A stretch of 64,000 nt of DNA, from NCBI GenBank assembly GCA_951406725.2, contig OX597831.1:22816001-22880000 (forward strand), written 5' to 3'. Source of the stretch: Octopus vulgaris (taxonomy: Eukaryota). This document shows, one piece after another, positions 1 to 13,624 of this stretch. The notes under the pieces are model-generated. The model was given only the letters and a program-made list of their open reading frames with translations. It was not told where the DNA came from and did no database searches. Within the stretch, counting starts at the first letter, position 1. Every line of letters begins with the position of its first letter. Made by a program: the position numbers and the translations under genes.

Positions 1-143
1 CCGTCTACCAAATCCACTCACAAGGCTTTGGTCGGCCCAAGGCTATAGTAGAAGACACTTACCCAAGATGCCACGCAGTGGGACTGAACCCGGAACCATG
101 TGGTTAGGAAGCAAGCTACTTACCACACAGCCACTCCTGCGCC
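1..143 (-). mobile_element. SINE family A, 5' part (cut by window edge)
   Basis: Reverse complement of the family A head GGCGCAGGAGTGGCTGTGTGGTAAG...GGGTTCAGTCCC (Pol III A/B box-like), matching the full copy at 5781. Confidence 0.9.
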
Positions 144-310
144 TATGAAGTTCCAAAGATAATCACGTATTCCTTAGTCATATCTCTTTCTTATTGCTGA
201 GCACTTAAACGATTTTGGTACACCAGTATATACATTTAATTCAATATATAAACTCTTTTACTAGTTTACTTGTTTCAGTCATTTGTGAAAAGATAGATCA
301 AAGGAATGAG

Positions 311-443
311 CTATAGTCATTGATTGAGGGCCGCATTACTAAAATATTCAAAGAAATTTTTTCGTTATGTGTGCCATTCAGAAATTACCACAGGTCGCAT
401 AGGAAAAATTCAGCTCCCGGTCGCTTCTCATCCATGACTATAG
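311..443. mobile_element. Small MITE-like element (hAT-like)
   Basis: Imperfect ~17 bp inverted ends CTATAGTCATTGATTGAG / CTCATCCATGACTATAG; internal GGGCCGCA-type motifs. Confidence 0.4.
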
Positions 444-1083
444 ATAGATGTAACAGTGTTAGTAAATCGACGTCCTGTTTTATAGAAATTTAGCATATTT
501 TGAATGGTTCTCTCGTTTATATACAACCAAATTAGTTTAGAAAAAAAAATCCACAAAAGTTGCTGGAAAATGGCGTTTTCGTGTGTGCTCTATTCTTAAT
601 GAAAGCATTTGTTCAATAGTACTTTTATTTTTCTTGGAGCCATACTAAAAGCTAAGAATTAATTCTCCGATTCTAGCGCTAGGTATCATGAGTATTGAAT
701 AGGACTTGATTGAGGAGTTTGCACTAATATACACGAGAAAGGATCTACGTACATTTTCTGAAACATACACACAAATACCAACATATAGCATTTAATCAAC
801 CCGCGAAAATAATGCACGACATACAACTGAACCAAATCATTTGCGATAGGTCCTGGTTTGTGTCTGACTTAAATAGCGATTGCTATTAAGTTTCTTCCTA
901 AGAAGAAGGGTCAGGAGTACTCATCTTCTGATGTGTGGTCAACCAGCGAAGACAATAATAACATATGCTTAGATATATTTTGCCCTCACAATGTAGACAT
1001 CATAACACTGGGTTAATTACATTAAATTAATTTTATAATGGCTTTTCTAACCTGAGATGTTCGTGCATTCGGTATTCGTTAAC

Positions 1084-1273
1084 AAGGCAGAAAACTGGCA
1101 GAATCATTAGCACGCCGGGAAAAATGCTTAATAGTACTTCATCCACCGAAGTCGACTTTGCCTTTCTTCCTTTCGGGGTCGATAAAATAAATGCCCCCTG
1201 AGCACTAGGGTCGATATAATCGACTTACTCCTACCCCGTATATGTTGGCATTGTACCAGGATTTGGAACCAAT
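1084..1273 (+). mobile_element. SINE family B (Deu/Nin-domain), internally deleted
   Basis: Head AAGGC..CTGGCAGAATC.TTAGCACGCC and core GTCGACTTTGCCTTTC.TCCTTTCGGGGTCGATAAAAT. Confidence 0.85.
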
Positions 1274-1510
1274 ATTCATTAAGTTGCCACTTTAAAAATT
1301 ATCTCTACACATCCTCTGTTAAAATCAGAGTCACCACAGCAAGTAATAACGTTTTGCGTACGAATTAGTCTATGGCTACGATGCGAGCGAAAATAGAAAG
1401 GAAATAAAAAAGACAGAGACAATGCGATCCAATCGCATTGTTTACAATGTTTGTTTATGATATATTGTAACTTCTAGAGCTGGTTATGAATTTTATAGAA
1501 AATCTATAGA

Positions 1511-1836
1511 GGCGCAGGAGTGTGGCTGTGTGGTAAGTAGCTTGTTTACCAACCACATAGTTCCGGGTTCAGTCCCACTGCCTGGCACTTTGGGCAAGTG
1601 TCTTCTACTATAGCCTCGGGCCGACCAAAGCCTTGTGAATGGATTTGGCTGACGGAAACTGAAAGAAGCCCGTCGTATATATGCTTGACTACCGATGCTG
1701 GTGTGTTTATGTCCCCGTTACTTAGCGGTTCGGCAAAAGAGACCGATAGAATAAGTACTGGGCTTACAAAAGAATAAGTCCTGGGGTCGAGTTGCTCGAC
1801 TAAAGGCGCTAGTGCTCCAGCATGGCTGCAGTCAAA
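1511..1836 (+). mobile_element. SINE family A
   Basis: Head, TTGGGCAAGTGTCTT core and 3' GTGCTCCAGCATGGCTGCAGTC tail; central microsatellite is missing. Confidence 0.9.
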
Positions 1837-1900
1837 TATACTATATATATATATATATGAAACAATTTTTTAATAAAATTTTTAGAGGTAGTTAAAGTAA

Positions 1901-1956
<56 letters not shown>

Positions 1957-1966
1957 TATATGTATG

Positions 1967-2020
<54 letters not shown>

Positions 2021-2689
2021 GACTCATACACATACATGTATATATAGAGATGTACATACATACATACATACATACATATATTTGTTTATCATCAGTAACT
2101 GTAGCATCCGCGGCAATATCACCAGCAGTACCAACAACAACGTCAACAACAACAACAAGATGATAGCATAAAACAAAAATTCTGTCATAGAAACGCTGTT
2201 TCAGATAAACCTCTTTACCATTTCCAATGATTAAGATAATCTTTATCTGTATTCTCTTCCTCCCTCCCTCTTTCCACCTCCTTTCCACCTCCTCCTCCTC
2301 TTCTTTTCAACGTTTAACATGATTACTCCCACCACTGGAACTTACCTTCCGTCTCGGTTCTGTCACAATCATCCGGATATCACTCCCACCCTTTCCTCCG
2401 CAAAACTTCACTTCATGTCATCCAACCACCCACACGTAGGAACATTGGCACAAATACCCATACATTTAATCCCTCCTCCTTCCACCTCTCTATCTTCCAC
2501 CCCTCTCTCTGTCTTTCTCCCCTCTCCTTCTCTCTCTCTCTCTTTCACAGCGCTATACTAATCACACTTAATGCATTAATGCAAAGATGTTACGTATGAC
2601 TGTATTATCTGTGTCTGCGCGCGTGCACAGGCCGTGTTTTGTGTATGTGAGCATATGTGTGTGTTTGGGTGTGTACAGATAGGTGGATA

Positions 2690-3232
2690 TGTATGCATAT
2701 ATACAGATACACACACACACATACACACATATATATATATATGCATGTATGCATGCATGCATGCATGTATGTATGCATGCATGTATGTATGCATGCATGC
2801 ATGCCTGTATGTATGCATGCATATACGTATGTATGTATGCATGCGTACATACACATACACATATGCATGCATGTATGCATGCATGCATGCATGTATGCAT
2901 GCATGCATGTATGCATGCATATGTATGCATGCATATACGTATGTATGCATGCATACATGCATATATGTATGTATGCATGCATATATGTATGTATGCATGC
3001 ATGCATGTATGTATGTATGCATGCATATATGTATGTATGTATGCATGCATGCATGCATATACGTATGTATGTATGTATGCATGCATATACGTATGTATGC
3101 ATGCATGCATATACGTATGTATGCATGCATGCATATACGTATGTGTGCATGCATATATATACGCATGTATGCATACATGTATGTATGTATGCATCTATGT
3201 ATGTATGCATGCATGTATGTATGTAGCATATG

Positions 3233-3264
<32 letters not shown>

Positions 3265-3335
3265 TGCATATATATAAGTATTATATGTATGTATGTATGT
3301 ATGCATATATATATATGTATGTATGTATGTGTATG

Positions 3336-3366
<31 letters not shown>

Positions 3367-3403
3367 GTGTATGTATATATATATGTATGTATGTGCATGT
3401 ATA

Positions 3404-3438
<35 letters not shown>

Positions 3439-3467
3439 GTATGTATATATATATATGTATGTATGTG

Positions 3468-3500
<33 letters not shown>
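2690..3500. repeat. Compound (ATGC)n/(ATGT)n/(TA)n microsatellite
   Basis: About 800 bp of near-continuous alternating purine-pyrimidine tetramers; source of the long spurious ORFs at 2568-3635. Confidence 0.95.
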
Positions 3501-3954
3501 TCATACATGTATTCATACGTGCGTATGTACATAGATACATACGTATATACACACAGGTACGCACTCGCATACTTGACCTACATTCACGTTGGCAGTATAA
3601 TTTTAGTTCAGCTAAAAGGTATAACAGCGCAATGACTAAACCGGTTTTTGTGAAATGATTCTCTGTCTTTAAGCATTGAATAAATGGGAAGAAAACGAGT
3701 CAATAATAGCACAAAAGAAATATGAAATATTTAGCGGGAGGTGTATCGCGGGATAATCATAATTCGAGGACTGTTCACCTTCACAGCCGCTGTTGATTTA
3801 AAGACATTTGGTTCATGCTATATAAATTGAACGAGGATACATATATCACCTAGAAATTATAACTGTTTTAGAAAACTAATGAATATTTCCATAATACATA
3901 CGTATATGCATATACACGCACGCGCGTATTTATATATATATATATAGATAGATT

Positions 3955-4184
3955 TCATTATTGCCCAAGGGGGGGCTAAGCATAGAGGAAAAAAAAACAA
4001 GGACAGACAAAGGGATTAAGTCGATTACATCGACCCCAGTGTGTAACTGGTACATATTTCATCGACCCCGAAAGGATGAAAGACTAAGTCGACCTCGGCG
4101 GAATTTGAACTCAAAACGTAGCGGCAGACGAAATACCGCTAAGCATTTCGCCTGGCGTGACAACGCCTCTGCCAGCTCGCCGCC
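3955..4184 (-). mobile_element. SINE family B with tail type T1
   Basis: Reverse complement of head, Deu/Nin core and TTTGTCTGTCCTTGT...TTAGCCCCCCTTGGGCAATAA tail. Confidence 0.9.
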
Positions 4185-4188
4185 ACAC

Positions 4189-4330
<142 letters not shown>

Positions 4331-4879
4331 TGGACGCATAGATACATACATATGTATTACATGTATATGTGTGTGTGTGTATATGTATATACTACAGAAA
4401 GATCTATTCAGCCGCGAAGCTCAAAAATGTATATAGTAAAACCTTTTTCTATATAAATGACTCGAAGCAACAAGTGAATATTTATTTTTATTTTTCTCTT
4501 TCCACTCTCACTTTTTTTTATGTATGTTTATGTAAAATTTATATTTCAAACTCACCTTAGGAATACGTTTGCCAAAATACTTTCAGTTGAACTATGATAC
4601 GAAAATACTTATTCTATGGAAATTTATCTTTATATTTTTTTATATTTTTCATTCATATAAACACAAAATATAATTATTCTCCACTTAAAGTTGTATTTGT
4701 TCTAACGGATCTACCTGTCTGTCTGCTTGTCTCTGTCTGTCTGTCTGTATGGTTTTGGAATTTGGTTTGCAAGATTCTTTGTGAGTTCGTGTGTTGAAGC
4801 ATATTCTGTTGTGTCTGGAGAGAGTCATTTTCTTTTTGTTATATTTAACACACTTACCGGTAAAATTTCCACTTATTTC

Positions 4880-4969
<90 letters not shown>

Positions 4970-5001
4970 AGGAGATGTGGAACACGAGTTGTGATATATA
5001 A

Positions 5002-5246
5002 AAAAGGAAATGAAGAAAATGCTGACAAAATAATTTAAGTAATTTAAGTAATTTAATTAGGTGAAAGTTCTTTTTACCGGTTGCGCATTTGTTATGCTTA
5101 TCAAAATCTATCAGAAAAGAACTCTATCTCTCTTTAAAAAATTATCTTTTGATAAGCATAACAAATGCGCAACCGGTAAAAAGAACTTTCACCTAATTAA
5201 ATTACTTAAATTACTTAAATTATTTTGTCAGCATTTTCTTCATTTC

Positions 5247-5251
<5 letters not shown>
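5002..5251. repeat. Perfect 105-bp-arm inverted repeat between (TA)n tracts (probable Penelope-like remnant)
   Basis: Arms 5002-5106 and 5147-5251 are reverse complements with a 40 bp spacer. Confidence 0.9.
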
Positions 5252-5325
<74 letters not shown>

Positions 5326-5329
5326 ACAC

Positions 5330-5520
5330 ACCATCATTTGAAAACGGATGTTGGAGTGTTTACATCCCTGTAACTTAGCAGTTCAGCAAAAGAGACCGAT
5401 AAAATAAGTACTAGGCTTACAAAGAATATGTACTGGTGTCGATTTCTTCAACTAAAAACCCTTCAAGGCGGTGCTCTAGTATGGCCGCAGTTAAATGACT
5501 GAAACAAGTAAAAGAACAAA
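5330..5520 (+). mobile_element. SINE family A, 3' half
   Basis: GTGTTTACATCCCTGTAACTTAGC...AAGGCGGTGCTCTAGTATGGCCGCAG...GACTGAAACAAGTAAAAG. Confidence 0.85.
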
Positions 5521-5700
5521 AGGATATACATGCGTATTTAAGCGTGAATTATAAGGATCTTTTGGACGATAAGTGACATGGATTAGCAACATCCTATCTT
5601 GTGAATGAAAATTTGTTTCGCATTTTTTTTTACCAGCTTTGGAACTTATTTCATGTAAGACAACGCATGCTTCTCTCTTCTATTTTACTAATTCTGTTTA

Positions 5701-5780
<80 letters not shown>

Positions 5781-5783
<3 letters not shown>

Positions 5784-6202
5784 GCAGGAGTGGCTGTGTG
5801 GTAAGTAGCTTGCTTACCAACCACATGGTTCCGGGTTCAGTCCCACTGCGTGGCATCTTGGGCAAGTGTCTTCTGCTATAGCCCCGGGCCGACCAATGCC
5901 TTGTGAGTGGATTTGGTAGACGGAAACTGAAAGAAGCCTGTCGTATATATGTATATATATATATAAGTGTGTGTGTATATGTTTGTGTGTCTGTGTTTGT
6001 CCCCCTAGAATTGCTTGACAACCAATGCTGGTGTGTTTACGTCCCCGTCACTTAGCGGTTCGGCAAAAGAGACCGATAGAATAAGTACTGGACTTACAAA
6101 GAATAAGTCCCGGGGTCGATTTGCTCGACTAAAGGCGGTGCTCCAGCATGGCCGCAGTCAAATGAGTGAAACAACTAAAAGAGAAAAAGAAAAAAGAGAA
6201 AG
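5781..6202 (+). mobile_element. SINE family A, full length
   Basis: tRNA-like head, CORE-like TTGGGCAAGTG, internal TA/TG microsatellite, 3' GGCGGTGCTCCAGCATGGCCGCAG tail and AG-rich end. Confidence 0.92.
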
Positions 6203-6205
6203 AGA

Positions 6206-6236
<31 letters not shown>

Positions 6237-6381
6237 TGGAGAAGAGAAATAGAGAAATTACGCGTGTGTTCGGTCCTATAGTAATATAATAAATAAATAA
6301 AATATATGCATATATACATACATATATGTACATACTTACATCTACATGTATATATACATGCATGCATATATATATATATAT

Positions 6382-6555
6382 GAGTACAGGACACCACAAA
6401 TAAACGTAGAACACAACGAGAGACGAGAACATAAAATCAAACAAGGAAACGGACTTTTTTTAAACAACGAAAAAACAGAGTACAGGACAAACAATACAAG
6501 GAAAATTCCCCTTCATCAGCTGCCCCTGGTTCGACTCAAAGTGTGTTTCGAAGGT
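6382..6555 (-). mobile_element. (TA)n-embedded element, homologous to 12848-13024 (probable Penelope-like terminus)
   Basis: Minus strand reads CCTTCGAAAC...CTGATGAAGGGG...TTGTCCTGTACTCT...GGTGTCCTGTACTC then (AT)n; same motif order at 12848. Confidence 0.65.
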
Positions 6556-6637
6556 ATATATATATATATATAATGTGTGTGTGTGTGTATAAACATGACT
6601 AATTCTGATTATTGGCGCGTTATACCTTAGTTCAAGT

Positions 6638-7028
6638 GGAGGCGCAATGGCCCAGTGGTTAGGGCAGCGGACTCGCGGTCATAGGATCGCGGTTTCGATT
6701 CCCAGACCGGGCGTTGTGAGTGTTTATTGAGCGAAAACACCTAAGCTCCACGAGCCTCCGGCAGGGGATGGTGGTGGTCCCTGCTGTACTCTTTCACCAC
6801 AACTTTCTCTCACTCTTACTTCCTGTTTCTGTTGTACCTGTATTTCAAAGGGCCGGCCTTGTCACTCTCTGTGTCACGCTGAATATCCCCGAGAACTACG
6901 TTAAGTGTACACGTGTCTGTGGAGTGCTCAGCCACTTACACGTTAATTTCACGAGCAGGCTGTTCCGTTGATTCGGATCAACCGGAACCCTCATCGTCGT
7001 AACCGACGGAGTGCTTCAAAAAAAAAAA
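6638..7028 (+). mobile_element. SINE family C, full length with TSD
   Basis: tRNA-like head TGGCCCAGTGG / GGTTTCGATTCCC, poly(A) end, 9 bp target site duplication AGTTCAAGT (6629-6637, 7029-7037). Confidence 0.93.
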
Positions 7029-7956
7029 AGTTCAAGTTCCCATTTCAACAGTGGTGAGGAATATATTATGAAGGACAAGTATTTCTTCATAGAAACTTGA
7101 AAAGTTTACTAGAAAAGAAACCAATTCTAAAAAGAAACGCGTTAGCAATTCATTAGAGTAGCTACTATTTCGTTAGTTTCAATAATAGAATTACGGGATT
7201 TAAAAACAAGATAGTATGACGTTACTTAATTAGCTGTCTTATATCTAAATTATAATGAAAAGCCATACAGTAAATTTACAAGTAAATTCAAATATACATT
7301 CTTACCGAAAAGCATAAGTATATCTTGTCTTGCTAGAGTCGTTTGTTTATTGCTTTCCATTAGCTTATATAAAGTTATCCTGTAATCTACATGTTGATTT
7401 CTCCATCACGTCATGTTTTCCTTAAGTTCTTTATTTGCTTATCGATATTTTGTTACCACTTCAGTAGTTTTTATATCCGCTTTGCTTTTCGATTATGTCT
7501 CATTTTATTAATTGTTATTTGATATGTGATGTGGCGAAAAAGGTTTTTTTTTTTCTTGTTTGTTTTATTTCCTATCTGTTTACGCTGTTTTTGTGCAATC
7601 AAATGTTTACTCTGTATACAGTACAGATCAGATTCTTAAAATGTATTTTACTTATCCCTGACTTAAGTCACTTCATTTCTTCTGCTAAGCAAGAAATTTT
7701 GTTTCTTACTCCTGTAATATTTTTCTGCAATGCGTGCATACTGGCATCTTCTAGAACAATTACGCTCATTGCCATACTTGATATTCCCTCTCTTAACCCT
7801 CTACCTATTCTCTCCATCCTTATTTACTTCATCTCAGGCCACAGCATTATACCTGCTCCATGAAATACTACCCATTTCTTTATTCTCGGTTAGTCTCCCT
7901 TCCTTTGAAGATGGGCCATAGTCCGAAACATCGCACATTTTTCAGTGAAGCCAGTC

Positions 7957-7989
<33 letters not shown>

Positions 7990-8044
7990 ACATAGACACA
8001 AAGATGCATACATACGTACGTATATATATGTATGTGTGCATGCA

Positions 8045-8255
8045 TCTATGTGTCTGTTTGTCTCCACCACCATCGCTCGACAACTGATGTTGGTGTGTCT
8101 ACGTCCCCGTTACCAAGAGGCTCGGCAAAAAAGACCGATAGAATAAGTATTAGGCTTAAAAAGAATAAATCCTGCGGTAGATTTCATCGACTAAAATCCT
8201 TTAAGGCTGTGCTCCAGCATGACCGCAGCCAAATGATTGAAACATGTAAAATAAA
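8045..8255 (+). mobile_element. SINE family A, 3' half
   Basis: Matches the family A 3' region through GTGCTCCAGCATGACCGCAG. Confidence 0.85.
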
Positions 8256-8789
8256 ATTATATGTATACGTGTATGTATACACCCTGTTCTATTAATGATG
8301 TTGAGAGGTTTATGTTATATATATATATCACATATGTGATGAATATAACGTATTTTGCATCGCCAGCCCCGTTTCTCAATTGCATATCCGCATGCAACGA
8401 CATCTTCATATAAATGTTACCTGTGTTCAAAACATCTGAAGAGATGCGGTGATTATGGCATTACGATCAACATCCAAGTCATATAACGGAATGTCAAGAA
8501 ATTTGAGGATTATATAGGTCAATCATATTGAAAAAGATATCACATCATTTTACCAACAGATAGCAGTTATGCGATGCTAATTAGTTAATTAACACCGCGT
8601 AATTCTTCCTACGTTTATGCGCAGAACATAGTTAAGCTCCGTCGCCATCTGCTTTTGATAAGGGCTTTTAAATCCGAAATGTCGTATCGTAATAATAAAA
8701 TGTAAAACTTCCGTTGCTGCTTTGTTTTACATTGTGGAGGCTTTCTTAAAACACATTTAACTCTATTGCACAGTACTTTATATAAAGCA

Positions 8790-8866
<77 letters not shown>

Positions 8867-9904
8867 TCACAAATATACAAACATGCAAATGTGTATCTCC
8901 TTCTCTCGCTCTTCCTACCACACACACACACACTCACTCTCTCCCTATATATATACATACATATATGTGTGTGTGTATATATATATATATATATACGCAT
9001 ACACATACATACATGCACACACACACATATACATACACACACACATATACATACATACACACACATATACATACACACCCACATATATGCATACATACAC
9101 ATACATACATGCACACACACATATACATACATACACACACATATACATACACACACACATATATACATACACACCCACATATATGCATACATACATACAT
9201 ATACATACATATACACACACATACATACACACATATATACATACATATATACACATACACACACACAAACACATGAATGCACACACACACAGACACACGC
9301 ACAAACACACACATAAAACCCATTAAGTGCACAAACACAAAACAAGCGTGTACGTTGAGAAACACGCCTACAGAAATACAAACATACACACACATACACA
9401 CACATACACACAATACACGCACATACACCCTCACAAAGACATAATACACACACACACACACATATATACACAATACAGATATAGCTAATTCCATTGCAAA
9501 TTCTTTTCATCCGTTCATATTTTCTGAGAATGAATCGGTAAGCTTTGTTACAGGACAAAGAAGTGAACTTATCAAATTAAAGTTTTCTCTTCGACGGTAA
9601 AAGCATTAAGAGAAAAATAGGAAATGGTTCTGAATAGAACGCTGTAGCAGATTAAGTTGGCAATGGCATCACTTGAATAGAGAGAATGGCATTCTTTTAG
9701 CTGTGTTCTTAGTTTTGGTACCATTTCACAGTTTGATTTGCTAAGGATCTTCACACCAGATATGGCTGGCGATTGATTTAAATATATTTTTCAATCTTGT
9801 ATTTTTCTGTATGTGGATGGTGTTGATGGTAGTGGTGGTGGTGGGTAATGATGGTAGTGTTTGTGTATATAAATGTGGTATGAACAATTGCGCGTGCGCA
9901 AGTG

Positions 9905-9940
<36 letters not shown>

Positions 9941-9992
9941 TATATAGATGTGTGTATGTCTGTAAATTTATATAACTATAGTTAAGTGTTTA

Positions 9993-10040
<48 letters not shown>

Positions 10041-10108
10041 TATACACATACATACATACATAAATTCTCTCTCTCTCTCTCTCTCACACACACAGATATA
10101 TATATATA

Positions 10109-10450
10109 GGCGTAGGAGTGGCTCTGTGGCAAGTAGCTTGCTTACGAACGACATGGTTCCGGGTTCACTCCCACTGCGTGGCACCTTGGGCAAGTGTCTT
10201 CTACTTTAGCCTCAGGCTGACCAAAGCCTTGTGAGTGAATTTGGTAGATGGAAACTGAAAGAAGCCCGTCGTATATATGTATATATATATATATATGTAT
10301 GTATGTTTGTGTGTATGTATATGTTTGTGTGTCTGTGTTTGTAACCCCAACATTGCTTGACAATCGATGCTGGTGTGTTTACGTCCCCGTCACTTAGTGG
10401 TTCGGCAAGAGAGACCCATGGAATAAGTACTAGGCTTACAAAGAATAAGT
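10109..10450 (+). mobile_element. SINE family A lacking the terminal tail
   Basis: Head to AATAAGTACTAGGCTTACAAAGAATAAGT. Confidence 0.9.
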
Positions 10451-10536
10451 GCTGAGGCATGAAGCTAAAGATGAAAAAAAAAATCTTTCTCTGGAAGGTC
10501 TACATGAATACAATCAACAAATACGAAACAATAAAA

Positions 10537-11710
10537 CCCGCGAGCTGGCAGAATCGGTAGCGCGCCGTGCGAAATGCTTAGCGGTATTTCGTCTGCGTTA
10601 CGTTGTGAGTTCGAATTCCACCGAGGTCGACTTTGCCTTTCATCCTTTCGGGGTCGATAAATTAAGTACCAGTTACGCAATGGGGTCGATGTAATCGACT
10701 TAATACCTATGTCTGTCCTTGTTTGTCCCCTCTGTGTTTAGCCCCTTGTGGGTAATAAAGAAATAGGTATTTCGTCTGCGTTACGTTGTGAGTTCGAATT
10801 CCGCCGAGGTTGACTTTGCCTTTAATCCTTTCGGGGTCGATAAATTAAGTACCAGTTACGCACTGGGGTCGATGTAATCGACTTAATACATATGTCTGTC
10901 CTTGTTTGTCCCCTCTGTGTTTAGCCCCTTGTGGGTAATAAAAAATAGGTATTAAAAAAAAAATAAATAAATAAGGCGGCGAGCTGGCAGAAACGTTAGC
11001 ACGCCGGACGAAATGCGTAGCTGTATTTCGTCTGTCGTTACGTTCTGAGTTCAAATTCCGCCGAGGTCGACTTTGCCTTTCATCCTTTCGGGGTCGATAA
11101 ATTAAGTACCAGTTACGCACTGGGGTCGATATAATCAACTTAATCCGTTTGTCTGTCCTTGTTTGTCCCCTCTGTGTTTAGCCCCTTGTGGGTAGTAAAG
11201 AAATGAATAAATACGTAACAATAAAGGCCGCGAGCTGGCAGAATCGGTAGCGCGCCGAGCAAATTGCTTAGCGACATTTCCTTCGTCTTCATGTTTTGAG
11301 TTCAAATTCCGTTTGTGTCGATTTTGCCTTTCATTATTTCGGGGTCGATAAAATAAGTACCAGTTAAGTACTGTGGTCGATGTAATCGGCGAGCTCCCTC
11401 GTATAAAAGTCCAGCCCTTGTGCCTATAGTAGAAAGGAGAATATAAAGACGACAACAAATGCTGGGGCATGAAACTAAAGATGAAAAAAATCTTTGTCGG
11501 TAAAATCTACATGAATTTATAATAAATTTATAAGAAACAAAGGCTGCGAGCTGGCAGAATCGTTGGCGCGCCGGGAAAACTACTTCACATTATGAGGTCA
11601 AATTCTACCGAGGTCGAAATTGACTTCCATCCTCTCAAGATCGATAAAATAAGTTCCAGTAGAATCGACTTAACCCCTCTCCCGAAAACACTGGCCTTGT
11701 GCCAAAATTT
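10537..11710 (+). mobile_element. Cluster/multimer of SINE family B (about 5 units)
   Basis: Repeated Deu/Nin cores near 10625, 10808, 11065, 11318 and 11612; one headless unit joined at AAAGAAATA|GGTATTTCG. Confidence 0.9.
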
Positions 11711-12126
11711 GCGTAAGAAAGAATAAGTCCTGGTGTCGATTTCTTCGACTAAAAACCCTTTGAAGTGGTGCTCTAGCGTGACCGCAGCCAAATGTCTGAA
11801 ACGTGTGAAAAATAGATACTCGCATACATATATATATACATATATATGTATAATTTTGTGTGTGTATTGCTAAATACATTCCGCTCATTTCTTGAAAATA
11901 AGACAGTGGAGGTTTGGAAACATAGAATATAGATTTACGAAAGCTTTATTATTCCAAATCAACAATAAAAAGCTAAGAATATGTCAAAAGCCTAGAATGA
12001 AAATAATAAAACTTGAACATAGATGTGCACCTCCACAGAAGCCCACATCTGCATACAAATACATTCATATATATACACATATAACTATATAAATATTTTA
12101 GTATAAATATCAACCTATATATGTAT

Positions 12127-12511
12127 ACTCTTCTACTTGTTTCAGTCATTTGACTGCGGCCATGCTGGAGCACCGCCTTTAGTCGAGCAACTCGACCCCG
12201 GGACTTATTCTTTTATAAGCCCAGTACTTATTCTATCGGTCTCTTTTGCCGAACCGCTAAGTAACGGGGACATAAGCACACCAGCATCGGTTGTCAAGCA
12301 ATGCTAGGGGGACAAACACAAACACACACACACACACATACATATATACGACAGGCTTCTTTCAGTTTCCGTCTACCAAATCCACTCACAAGGCATTGGT
12401 CGGCCCGGGGCTATAGCAGAAGACACTTGCCCAAGATGCCACGCAGTGGGACTGAACCCGGAACCATGTGGTTGGTTAGCAAGCTACTTACCACACAGCC
12501 ACTCCTGCGCC
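12127..12511 (-). mobile_element. SINE family A, full length
   Basis: Near-identical reverse complement of 5781-6202. Confidence 0.92.
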
Positions 12512-12847
12512 TATGTATGTATATATGTAGACACTCATAATGAATAAAGATGATTGCATAATTACAGTTCATTATCTATTCATCTTCATCTATTATACGT
12601 CTTCGTCGCGTGACATGGCGACATGTGCAGCTAATGCTGTTGCAAGGATTGGAGTTGCAGTATACCTGATATAATTAAACAAGTAGTAATTGCGTTAATG
12701 AATGTACGTTGCTAGCCGAAAACATGCTGGAGGCTACCGAGTTAATTACCACGATCATTAAGACCAAAACCAAATCATGTATGTAAATATACATACATTA
12801 TATAACTGTAAATGTAATATGTGACAATTATTCGGTAGTCATGATTA

Positions 12848-13024
12848 TCCTTCGAAACGTAGAGTAGATGAAACCTTTAGCGACTGAAGAAGGGGTTTGT
12901 TCTTTGTGTTAATTGTCCTGTACTCTATTTTTTGGCTGTTTTTAAAAAAATGTCCAGTTCCTTTGGTTTGTGTCTATGTTTTCGTTTCTCATTGTGTTCG
13001 ACGTCCTTTTGGTGTCCTGTACTC
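12848..13024 (+). mobile_element. (TA)n-adjacent element, homologous to 6382-6555
   Basis: CCTTCGAAACGTA...CTGAAGAAGGGG...TTGTCCTGTACTCT...GGTGTCCTGTACTC. Confidence 0.65.
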
Positions 13025-13103
13025 ATATATGCGTGTATATGTACATGTGGAGGTAGGTACGTACATATATGTTTATATATATGCATATGTTTTATTTTAT
13101 TTA

Positions 13104-13138
<35 letters not shown>

Positions 13139-13345
13139 TTTCTAAATCTCTCATAGAGATATGTACGGTGGTGGGGCGATAGAATGGTTGTAAATGTATA
13201 TAAGGACACAGGAAAAATGTGTCGAAACCATCAGGAAGCGTCGATGCTTCCTATGGCTAAACAGCTGTGGTGTAACCCCCTACTGTCACGTTCACGTTAG
13301 ATTGACAGTATACAACCATTCTATATCTATCTATCTATCTATCTA

Positions 13346-13399
<54 letters not shown>

Positions 13400-13589
13400 T
13401 GTGTGTACATGTATAATTACAATAAAAACATAATAGACAATGCCAATTCAATCCAGACTACATGTATTTCTGTATCATGGATTGAACTGATATCGACCAC
13501 TATCACATATCATTGTATGTGACCGCGTGTGTACCGTTGGCGATTTTTTTTCCTCTGTCTTCCCTTCTCTGGATCTTTCTTTCTCCTAT

Positions 13590-13624
13590 GTTTCTGATGG
13601 AGAGCTCCGCTCGAAACGTTAAAC
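13590..13624 (+). ncRNA. Minimal type I hammerhead ribozyme motif (variant core) in a (TA)n-adjacent element (~13522-13727)
   Basis: GTTT-CTGATGG-A-GAGC tcc GCTC-GAAA-CG-TT-AAAC: stem I GTTT/AAAC, stem II GAGC/GCTC, palindromic AACGTT stem III. Confidence 0.65.

Noticed and set aside
2568-3658. Long overlapping ORFs up to 333 aa (His/Met/Cys/Tyr-rich)
   Set aside because: Open in several frames on both strands because (ATGC)/(ATGT) repeats lack stops; not coding evidence.
6638-6712. Possible tRNA gene (also 15061, 15202, 51840-51910)
   Set aside because: A/B boxes are present but the sequence runs into a SINE body with tail and TSD, and no clean acceptor stem was seen.
10537-11440. Regularly spaced repeats resembling a CRISPR array
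   Set aside because: Whole ~185 bp units are repeated; these are SINE B multimers.
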